64,000 nt of DNA from Phoronis australis (Eukaryota; Animalia; Phoronida), in contig NMRA01000511.1 in NCBI GenBank assembly GCA_002633005.1, positions 4,147 to 68,146 on the forward strand, in the 5' to 3' direction. Of this stretch, positions 28,101-40,100 are shown piece after piece. The position numbers and the translations under genes were made by a program. The first letter of the stretch is position 1. The number at the start of each line of letters is the position of its first letter. The notes beneath the pieces are model-generated. The model did no database searches and was not told the DNA's origin. It saw only the letters and a program-made list of their open reading frames with translations.

Positions 28101-31100
28101 AGACAATGGTCCACTAAGAAAGCAGAAACTACCAACATTCGGCGAATGCACAATTCATGGCTCTTAACGTAGCCCATGAATCCTAGTCAAAGATCCACAT
28201 TCTCAAAAATTCGAACTCCATTTTGTAGTCTGGGTGTGCGCATCGAACGTCCAGTCAAATGTATTTTTCTCATAACATTTTGTAGTAACGGACAATATAC
28301 AATTCAAGTACTACCAAATGAAGTGCAACGTCACGTCTACGTCTGTAAGGGCTTTGGTGAAGATTTCAGAAAACGAAAAGTGAGTTTAACTTTGAATATG
28401 TATGTCTACTTTTGACCATTGGAGCACACGGCCGTACCTTACAATACCACTCTAATTTTGGAAATGCCAAATCGGTTAGTTGCATTTACTAAAAGCGAAA
28501 AAAGGAACGAGTAGATGTTAGTCCAAAGGTCGCAAGTCATACTGGTCTTTTGATTTGATGGGAGTCAATTCTTCCTATTCACCCTGATTTTCAGAGTTTA
28601 GTAAGATGGGCGTGGTATTTTTAGCTGCTCCGTATTTTGTCTACTAATACGAAATTACAGTCTCACCATATTATCTCCGTATTGTTTCTGTAGAAAACGG
28701 TCAGCGACCTTATGTTCTTCAACATGAAACCCGTGTAGCTTGTGCAATATCAAAGTGTATGCCTGTCGCACTTTTTCTATTATCCACGTGGTCTATTTGC
28801 AGCCAGACCTTAGTTAGATGCCTTGTGCTGGTGGCCAATGGGTCGAACTTATACGGGACGTTTACGGACAAACGTGAGTGATCGGTATCATTAAGTAACA
28901 AGGAGCAATCATTTTCCATCAAAGTGACCGTCTCATGTACTTACCGAGGTGTCATTCCCATAGACGTCAAGATTTTCTCACTACTGCATATTCTGTTTCT
29001 TCTATTAACTTCGAAAATATTTTCAACGTTCGTGATGCACTTTTTAAGTTTATGTAATTAAAAAACCGTGAATACTTTGTAACCTTTTGTCATCAAGTTT
29101 TAAGACTAAACACATTACTAGAAAACATCCCAGAAACGCTTATTTCTATTGGTTGACAAAGCATGCAAAAACAGTGTTCAAATGCATTTTAAAGGCTGTA
29201 CATCGTTTCAATTACACGCAAACATGCTGATTTTACGGTCTATGAGGTGACTGAATGACTAAATAAGCCTAGTACGCAACAAATGTTGGAGACAGACAAA
29301 CTTGATATTCCGATTTTTCACATTTGCAGGCTATCAAGTTCAAATAAGTTCAAAAAGACGTGTATATTTTTCACTAATCATTGAAAACATAACAATGGGT
29401 AGCATTGACGAGATCAATTCCGCCGTTTTTTAAGTTTCCTTAAAAAGTATTCTGACGTGGAAATCTTATCGGCGCAAGGCGTTGCCATAAGGCAAGAAAA
29501 CAATGGAAGACCATTGATCGCATCGAGAACCAGTGTCTTCTGCAGTATTACTCAAAACAAAGGTGTGTTTAGTTGTTTGCATCTGCTGTTTCTTTCAAAC
29601 GTTGTCATTCTCGAGAATTTAACGTTTGCAGAACTACTTTCGAACGCTAGAGACAGGAGTTGTCTGGATCCTGATTACGTTTCACTTCAGACTACGCCGA
29701 ACTTTTTCCGCCTGCGTAACCGCACGGCTCTAGAGGCACAAATTGGAACAACTACTGGTGAGTTTAGCAATTTTGGTCTGTAAGGTCAACAATTAAAGTT
29801 CGATACCATGCAAGCGATTGGCCCTGCTGACTATTTACTTGGACGTCATTAAAGTAGGTTACGTTGGCCGAGACAATATGGTGGCGTTGCCAGACGTGCT
29901 TCTTCCACTCTTTGTTACTTTCGACTTGTTCAGTTGACCAGAGCGCGGTAATTGTCACTGTAATCAACTGAAGATGTTCATGTAAACGATGCAGTTAAGG
30001 TAATTGTCAACCTTCTCGACTCCTTTTACTCTTAAAAAACTTTTCTGAATCTTCCGATGTCTGGACATTTTTTCATGCATTGTGTTGACACGACGATCTC
30101 AGATTTTTGAAAATTTCTCATTTTAGTACATTTGAGGTGCCAAAATGTATAACTAATAAACTGACTGACAAAATTTTTATTTTATGCAATGAAAGTAACA
30201 TTTTTTGTTAAAATTTTGGCCAAGTTTCAATCTCATAGCAGTAGGGGCAGATTTGGTATTTTTCTCCCAGTGTACTAAACTTAATCTCAAAATGGCATAA
30301 CTGGTGAAACTACTAAATGAGGGTGTTAAATCGATATCTTTCTTTTCAATACATCTGTGTAACAATCCACTGGCACCACTATACAATGCCAAGCGAATAA
30401 TAGTTAATAGTTTTCATTCAAGGAAAATATAAGCAGTTAAAATTGGACAGCTTTACAGCGTGAAAACATGGCTGGGAATTCGTAAATTGTGTTTGAGCCC
30501 ATAACTTTGGTAGAACGTTATATTTTAGGGAAATATTATACCACTGTTTATAGGTCCCATAGGACTACCTATGTGTCAAATTTGGTGAAAATCGGGTGGT
30601 CCCCACCTTGCTGCTGGATGGCTGCTGCTCTTGTGGACTGGTACTAACTCTTAAAAGTATGACTTTTTGAATCTTCCGATGACTGGACATTTTTTTCATG
30701 CATTTAAAAGCCACCAGATCGTTTATAACTACATGACCTCCTTGTAAACACCCATCTACCCAGAGCACACATGTTGCTAAAGATGGCGTATAACCGTGTA
30801 CTCACATATCGACGTACAGTCATTAATACCGGTCATAAAACTGCGTAAAACCTCGTTGCCCAGAGTTGCGAATACAGTGCATCGTTTTGCATGTCTTGTA
30901 CCCCCGCCCCTCCCTTTATCAGCCGCCAATGTTGTATTAAACATATGCACCTGTGAATGTCTTTCTAGAGCCAACAGAAACATCTTCCACCACGCCGCCG
31001 ACAGAGGGCACCACAACCACAACGACTGGTAAAATTAACCGATTTCAAACACAGTTCTTAATGGATGTACTTGATTCGCTCACGTGGCATATGTCGGGTC

Positions 31101-34100
31101 AGCCATGCCCGTTTCATGAAACCTGTTTCTGTCTAAACTTATACCGAAATCGGGTTAACTTGAGACCAAAATATTTTAAAGCCTATCTTGAACGGTAACA
31201 CTTTTAAATTTAGTTCCTACCGTATGTCAAGAGCATCGCTCTGAGCCCACTAGTGCCATAAATTGCTGAATGTAACCAACTGTTAGGTGTACTGGTTTGC
31301 TTTTGTCTACGTCACCGCGAGAATCACCTTTTAATTCATACAACTGCAAATAACACCCGCAGCAATGGTTTTCTATTCAGACAACTGTTATCGGCCTACT
31401 GTTGTTTGTGCTTGGATCTCGCGGAGAGGCAACATTTGACGGGCTTATATTTGCGTGATTGAACTCACGTTTTCTTATTTTACTAAGGCTTTAATAAGAC
31501 TATCTGGTTAGCCCAATACATCTAAATCAACAAAATTCCGTTGCATTTAGGCTTTAGACCGTACAAAGTAAGATCTAGTCTAAGACCGAAAAATAGCCTC
31601 CTATGCAGTCGAAATGACTCTACATGACCAAGACTTAAAACTTTTATCATTATTAACTATTAAGGAAGAGATGTAGTTGATATTTTTCATACTCTAATGT
31701 ATCTAAATACTGTTAATAAATTGGAAATTGTCTGCTTCGATTAGAGAACCGGCAAAGACTGTAGAGACGATGCGATTTAATGGCACATGTGAAATGATAT
31801 TTTCCAACTAAAGCAGGGTGTTCTCAAGCAGGAATATTTTTTAAACCTGTTTCATTCAAAGCCTCGCTTAGTTTTTGTGAATTCGTAACAAGTGGCGAAA
31901 GCGTAGTTTGCGTGCTCACCTATGTCAAAAATCGACTTAATTTCTGTCCAAGTTAAGATCGAAGACCAAAACCCAATTTTGCGTTCAGGAAGCCGTCTTT
32001 TCTGAATTTTCGTATTTGGTCTGTACGCCTTCATCAGTTTTCACACGACATAGCCCCTTGGAGGTTATTTCCGGTGAACAAACCAATCAGATGTTTTAGC
32101 TGATTGACCAGGTTCGAGTTTCGTAGAGGCAAGAATATTACTATGGAAGCAATTGTTGTCACATGCTATGCTTGCAATAAGTGGCAATATCTCGTGAAAG
32201 TCTTGCGAGAATGACTCGCAAGAAACCAGCCTCCCGTTCAGTAACGCTAGGACCTCGGTAAAAAGCAAATTCGCGAGATTACGTGAGATATTGCCGTGTA
32301 TTTCAAATGAGAACATGTGACTTTGACTAGGTTTTAGCTAGGTCTTACTGTAGGTCCTAGCGTCTACTGAACGCACGTCAGGTGTACGAAATGCACACCT
32401 GACTGAACCGGTGTAACCTGGGTGAGTGAATCAAGTGCAACCAATGTTCTTATGCAGTGTTCACATGGCGTGTGATCACAAGGCAAGTCGGACATCTGAT
32501 TCGCCTTTGAACACTCGTCAGACGTGTGGTCTTTTTTCTTACCGTTTGACACCACATTGGAGAACAGAGCTGCTTTCTAGGTTTCAGTGTCGCGTTTTGT
32601 ACTTTAAGGCTTGGCCCGCATTTACTACATAAGGCTGGCGTGTATTATCTGTTTCACAAAAGTCTGCGCATTTTAAAAGGGAACTGTATTTTATTCTGAA
32701 TAAATTTTGGATAGTTTTCTGTGAATTGTTGATTAATTTTACAAGTAATTGAACAACAAAAATTAAACTTATATTCTCTAACGAAGCTCAAAAAAAAAAT
32801 ACCGGCTTGGAGCATATCGGCTCAAACTTATAGGCCTATATTTAGTATACAGCTTTGGGCCAAGGCTTGGATAACCCGGTGATGGTATGCGATGACTATC
32901 CCTTTACAAGACACAGACACCTTTTTCGAAGAGTTTAAAGTCCTTGTCTCACGCGTTGTTAACCCTTATTACATGGTTAGAAGATGTTAAAAGGATCCAA
33001 GAAGTACCTACCCCATAACTAATACACGATCCGTACTCGAAAACAGTTTAAATGAACGCGCCACTCACGATTCGCACCCAGTAGGAACACCGCCATTTTG
33101 AACTTGCCGCGAACCCGGAAGTACAATTCATTCAGGAACCCAGGCCGAGAAAACGCCGTCAGTGCGACTGGAGCAGAGCCTGTACTGTTACCCGCCAGCA
33201 AACGGGGATAAAAAAATCGACAGCGCGCCTTAATTTTGATAAAATCAAACTACGGACAATTTTATGGAATTTGCTGAAGAAATGTGGCGAATAAATTTTG
33301 ACAGAAATTATTTTGCCAGACTCGGGAAAGCAGCCTATCGGACCCGGTGCGGATCGAGACCAGACACTGGCGAACGGTAAATGCATGCGGTTGCAAGCTG
33401 TTTTGTCGAAGTAAAATGGTCAAATGATAAATGCTGCATATATTCAAAGGTAGTTTCAGACACTTGCATGAAATTACGGGGTGGTTAGTCCTGTGTCACA
33501 CTGCTGGCCACAAACACAAAAAACACGAAAATTGAACAAAGTTTCTTTTTTGTAGCAACGTTTGTCAAAATGTATCAACGTTAAATCTTCACAAATTACA
33601 AAGTAGCCGATTGAACATGCCTTTCAGTTCAGCAAAAGTCGACATTGTAGGTGCCGCCAGAAATGAGACGAAGTCCAACGGGAATTGTGAGCACATTTAT
33701 CACTTAATGAGTAACAACTGCGAGGCTGAAATTTGGTGAACACTGCTAAATCGTGCAGAATAGTAAGTAAAGATATGTCTAACTAAATTTCACCGTAATT
33801 TGTTGGCGAAAACAATTTACACAAAGTTTTAAACTCGTAACTCATCCCGCTGTCCTCCAATATGGCCGACGCGATCCAAACAAAGTGACCCAAATTTCGC
33901 CACAAAACTTGCAATAACTTTACAGTGCTTGCCCCGATTTTGATACTTTTTCGATTTTTACTGAGTAGAATGTACTACCTTTCCGATGATAGCAAAGTAC
34001 TTTTTCAAAACGAGGAAAAAAATAAAACCGAAAAAAAATTGGTTCGACCCATATTGGTTCCTAGGTTCGACCGGCCTACGTAAGGAACTAAACACCAATG

Positions 34101-37100
34101 CTATTTTAACATACTAAGTACGCGTAACATTCCAAAAAATCAACGACCACTAACTACAAACTATAAATACACTACATATGCAAACGAATCACGATATATT
34201 ACTAATAAAACAAAATAATGAAGACTTTTCGAGCAAGCCATAGCTCATTCAGTTACAAGGAAAAAATGGCGGCGTTCAGGACAAGTTCCTGAACTGATGA
34301 GCCGGAAATGTGGGTACGGAAATAACCGATGACAACCGGTAATCATACGCTCAGAGAGAAGGGTCAAATACTGTTACATTATCGCTTTTGGCAAGAAAGG
34401 CGAAAAGAATATAAAGAAAGGGTGTCGAAAACAAGAATTTATGTAGTAAGTATTTTCGGATACTGGAACCACATGGGCAACTTGAAAGAAGTTATGTAAA
34501 AGACAATTAACGTTTTGACTACTTTTAGCTCCTACTTCGTCTTCCGTCTCAACTATACGGGACATGTCACCAACGATGAGCACGACCGAATCGACTACAA
34601 CCACCCTAAGAACAGGTGCGTAGGAATACAAGTCATTTAACAACGCGCACGATATGTGTCAACAAAGTCGCAATGTGAATAAACTGGAGGAACTTTTCAC
34701 GATCTGTGTCGCTGCCCTTACAGTATAATCTCGACTGAAAATTTATGTAACAGACTCTGTTATGAATACTAATTTTTATTGGACAACTTAAGTGCTATGG
34801 GCAAAGGCACATTAATTGAGAGAATGCCGGACACTCAATGCATTAATTTTGGAAGCATCCAACTTTGTTCCAATTATGTCTCCTAACGGTACAAAACATA
34901 ACGTAATGTAAGACAGTGTGTAGGACTATAATGCGACGTAATATGAACATAACGTAGCATATCATAACATAATATAATATAACATGACGTAAGGTAACAC
35001 AACGCTTAGGATTGTATGTGAGCATAACAAAGTTTAACATAATATAATATAATATAACATGACGTAAGGTAACACAACGCTTAGGATTGTATATGAACAT
35101 AACAAAGTTTAACATAACATAATACTTAAGACATGGGCATTGGTTGCTGTTTTCTCACACTGTTATTACAGTACGTTTGGTGAAACGTTTACAAAACAAT
35201 CTCTTTAGTGTGTGTGCTCGCTTTTAACCTTACAACAGCGAGTCCCAGTTTCAGAAACAACTGCTTAAATTCATGTAGACTTCAACTGCAACCAAGAATT
35301 CATAAATGGCTTGTCACCAGGGTCGGTAACCATAAGGCGAACAATGAGAAAATTTACAACCACAGATGTTGTAATGCTGCGTCTCGACACGTCCTTGTGT
35401 CCTAATGTTAAATATCTGTTGTTCAAAGAGGTAGTCATTGTAGCAAATCGCGGGCCGGGCCGACTAATCACCACCCCTCGAATCTTTGACTGTTCAGTAA
35501 TAAAGTGACTGTTTTTCTTACAAATTAATTCATAAAACTTCTATCAATTGTATTTAATTATACGAGTTTTTAGTATCGTAATTAAGCTGTCTGCCAAGCT
35601 ATGTTGTGTCTCAGATGCGACAGAACTGTGTCTCAGATGCGACAGAAGTCTCGCCAGATCTCCTGTTTTTTAAGAGTATGTGCAAAGTAGTTCCTTATAG
35701 TCTTTAATGCTCTTCCCGCCAATAGTGATCGTCCGTGGTTGGCCAAAATATTATCATTATTTTTACTCATTAATGTTGATGCTGGGCGCCATTGTGAACG
35801 TGTGTTGTAAGCGACTGATTTGTCTTCTGAGTCAGACTCACTGTCATCTTAAAAGAATCCACATCTGAACGCGGTACTGGTCACGTTTTAAATTACTCGT
35901 TTTGCCATAATTCTCTTCGTGATGTGGTAGTGGTGTTGATGTAAGGAAATATAAGTATCTCAAATCAATCTGTTTTTTCTTCGCACGAAATCCCAGTTTT
36001 AAAAAACAAAAGCTGTTTGTAGGGGACATTTCGTGGAAAATTCAAACTTTGACAAAAGCTGCTATTAAAGCACTTATGACGAGCGACTTGAAAGAAGTTA
36101 TGTAAAAGACAATTAACGTTTTGACTACTTTTATCCCCTACGTCGCCTTCCTTCACAACTATACGTGGCATGTCACCAAAAATGAGCACGACCGAATCGA
36201 CTACAATCACCCTAAGAACAGGTGCGTAGGAATACAAGACATTTAACAACGCGCACGATATGTGTCAAGAAAGTCGCAATGTCAATAAACTGGAGGTACA
36301 CTGCACTTTTTCACGATCGGTTACGCTGCTCTTACGGTATAATCTCGACTGAAAGTTTATGTGACAGACTCTGTTATGAATACTAAACTTTATTGGAGGA
36401 CTCGAGTGCTATGGGCAAAGGCACATTAACTGAGAGGACATGCCGGACAAGCATCCAACTTTGTTCCTATTATTTCTCATAACGGTACACAACATAACGT
36501 AACGTAAGACAATGCGTAAGACTGTAATGCGATGTAATATGACTATAACATAGCATATCATAACATAATATAATATAACATGACGTAAGGTAACACAACG
36601 CTTAGGATTGTACATGGACACAACAAAGCTTAACATATACTAAGGACCTGGGCATTAATTGCTGTTTTCTCACACTGTTATTACAGTACGTTTGCTGAAA
36701 AGTATACAAAACCATCTCTTCTTTAGTATGTGTGCTCGCGTTTAACCTTACAACAGCGAGTCTCAGTATCAAAAACAACTTCTTAACTTCATGTAGACTT
36801 CAACTGCAACCAAGAATTCATAAATGGTTTGTCACCAGGCCGGTGACCACAAGACGAACAATGAGAAAATTGACAACCACAGATGTTGTAATGCTGCGTC
36901 TCTACACGTCCTTGTGCCCAAATGTTATAGTACATCGTATTGTACCCACGTGCCGGGTTGCATGGAACAGTCCCAAATAGGGACTCAACTAAATTCCCTA
37001 AATATACTGCGTATTTTCGGACTTGTCGAAACACCGATTGTCCTTTATTATGCTGTTTTAGTTTCATTACTAGGTCAACGTTTGGTTTTGATACAAATCG

Positions 37101-40100
37101 CGAATGAATTCGGCATTGAATTCTCAATGTTATCTAAAATGTATAGGGATCTTTTCATGCAACACTCCTAACTTTGGGACTAAGTTCCTACTTATTTTCA
37201 TTGAATTGAGGGCCCAGTTTTCACTTATATTATTAGAAAATATCACCAGTCAAAGATGAAACGATAGAAAAATATCACATCTGTGAGTAAACAAACAGAC
37301 AAATAGGCAAAAGATTTAGAAAACTTAGTTGAGTCTCTATTAAGAACTGTTTCATGCAACCCGGCACTGGATTGCTAAAAATTTAATTGCGTTGTGTAGC
37401 AATGCTTCTACCCGACAAAGCAAAAATGGTTTCGGGCTCCCTATGAAAATGTGTCGCAAAGCGGCCTTGGTTTAACCCACATATTTAACGGTATGCATGA
37501 AGAAAGTTGATTTCAACGAGATGGGAATGCACTGAAATAGCCCAAAATTCTTAATGCTGGGATTGGTAACTCGTGACCAGGTTATGAACATATCGTCAGA
37601 TAGTGTTTTCGGGTGGTCTAATTTGACTGCTGTTCGCCTGGTGTTTGTTCTGTGATTTTGACACATGAAATTGGTGCTTTTCAGCACTTTAAAGCTTCAT
37701 TTCTCCCTATTTAGCTGGCTAAAACGATAGTTGATCCTCTACTCGCGTAAAATTGGTCTTAAGATGTTTCTTGCCGTGATAGGATTCTGTTTCCGTTATC
37801 AAATCAAGACACAGGTAATGCGTACGTGCGCCAGTTTTGAGATCGCAACTATAAAGGTTGCTCAACGTCAATAAAATCCGAAACGTTTTCTTGAGTCACT
37901 GATTGTTTCAGTTTCCTTTTTGGTTACGGACATAGAAACCCACCACGGTAACGAATTTTATGACACCAAGTTTTTGAGTGCAACTGTTAAAATCTCTTGG
38001 TCTATTAACACCGACCTCTTGTCTATTTTCACTCTCACGACGTTTCGGTCGGTCTATTCTCCGGCCATCATCAGGTGTTCCCGCGTTCTAAGAAGACCGA
38101 GCACGGATATGTGGTACACTCATGGTGTGATTTTTGTCCGAGCCACGACTTCTGAAATTACAGTTAATTGTCCAGCACCTTAACCACTACACCACGGAGT
38201 CATCCATTTACTTAGAGGGAATTTTATTATACTTAAACCTTCCTAAGTAGACTGAGACAGGTGTTACTTGGTTGTTTGCTTGGCTCACTGAAGACATTGC
38301 CTTGTACTTTCACGTACATGGCTTCCTTGATCTTTCTCTTGGTCCAACCTGTTTCACTATCCAGTATTCGAATGTTATTCCATTGGATAGTGTGTTGTTT
38401 CGACCACATGTGTTCTGCTACTCCTTATGAGGTATTACCCTCTCTACAACACCTCTTATGGTCTGCAATTCTCGTATCCAGTGGTCTTAATGTTTCACCG
38501 ATATATGATTCACCACATTCACATGGGATTTCATAGATGACATTTTTATTTTTCCCCATGTCAGTTCTTGGTTTGTTTTTGTCAGTCGCCGACCCAGTGT
38601 GTCTGAGCTGCGGTATACTGTTCTTATTTTAAATTCTTTACAAACGCGTTCCAGCTTCTCGGTTATTCCGGGTATATATAGTAAGCACATAGACTGCAGT
38701 GGGCGTTCTTCTGCCACTTTCTCTTTTCTCTGCGATGCTAAAGCCGACTTGATGAAATCTCTTGGGTAGCCATTTCTTTCGAATGTCTTCGTCAGGTTGG
38801 TCATTTCTGATTGGAGTGCTGTATCACTGCGGATTTCTTTTGATCTTGATGCAAGGCATTTGATTATACCCTTCTTGACTCCTTTGGTGTGGTTGGAGTT
38901 GAAGTCAAGGTATCGTCCAATAACCTGCTGTCTCGATAGCTGGCTCTCTATTGACTATCGCTGTAACTGCTGATTCTCTCCACTGCAACTCAACTGTAGT
39001 TCTCGTGATAAACTTTCTTGAACTGACTTGATCTTCCTAACACAAACCCGTGCTTGTGTATTTATAGCCTAATGCATTGTTACGCAACTTTTCATCAATT
39101 CAAGCACATACCAGAACTTTCTGGAACCTACCCAATCATTCTACAAACATGTACTAGTCTCTAGAAAATTCCAGACTGCATTAATCACTGTCATGCTAGA
39201 GTCTTCTAAGTGGTTTCACGCTATACTGCAGTAAACAAATTACATCATCACTACTGAAATCAGTCTACTAGAAAGTTCCATACAATTCTGTTGTAAACAA
39301 ATTACATCATCATTGTACTTAACTCAGGGGTCATGCCAATCAAACTGAATAACAAAACAAAACAATACAACTGATGATACTGTCAGACTATATTCTGACA
39401 GTACAATAAAATTCCCTCTCAGTAAATGGATGACTCCGTGGTGTAGTGGTTAAGGTGCTGGACTTGAATTATTATTGTAGTTTCGCAAGTTGTGGGTTCA
39501 AATCCTGCCTTGGGCAAAATATTACACCATGAGTACCACATATCCATGCTCGTTCTTCTAAGCACGCGGGACCACCTGACGATGGCCGGAGAATAGACCG
39601 ACCGAAACGTCGTGACAGTGTAAATAGACAAGAGATCGATTTTAATAATGGTAACACACCACCACCTCAGAGCGGTTTTAGAAAGTCAATTATTTTAGTG
39701 TAAACCACTTTCTTTTTTCAGCCAGCTAAATACAACGATATGCAGCTTTAACCACGTGCTTTGTAAACTAAACATAATGACCCACATTCTATGCCAAGGT
39801 AGTTGTTTGACCACCAAATGATCATGTCTTCTGAATATACACTGTAGTGCAGATTCAGTCGCAAAACTAAATCATGACTACGAGGTTCACACACTTGCTT
39901 ATTACAGTCGAAATAACAACGACTAAGCGTCCTATGGCCAGCTCGTGCGACAGCACCTCTTGTCTCCACGGAGGCACGTGCATCGACAAACCAGGCGGGA
40001 AGCACGTGTGCAAATGTACAAGAAGATTTAGGGGGTCCAGGTGCCAAGACCACTTTAGACCGTGTCAGAAAATGAAATGCAGAAATAACGGACGATGCCA

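Larger units (their letters stand above)
34470..36925 (+). repeat. Direct duplication of ~0.9 kb (34470-35410 vs 36080-36925)
   Basis: Shared sequence from acttgaaagaagttatgtaaaagacaattaacg through to gtccttgtg.c.aatgtta, including the stalk exon. Confidence 0.85.
39400..39647 (+). repeat. Inverted copy of the Penelope terminal repeat
   Basis: agtacaataaaattccctct..gatgactccgtggtgtagtggttaaggtgctggac...aaatagacaagag aligns with the reverse complement of 38003-38233. Confidence 0.8.

Noticed and set aside
33000-34090. Possible ~1.1-kb non-autonomous DNA transposon in the intron
   Set aside because: Only a weak ~10-bp terminal similarity, a single copy in the window and no clear TSD.
39432-39515. 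Functional tRNA gene
   Set aside because: A and B boxes are present but the cloverleaf does not close; it is part of a repeated mobile unit.
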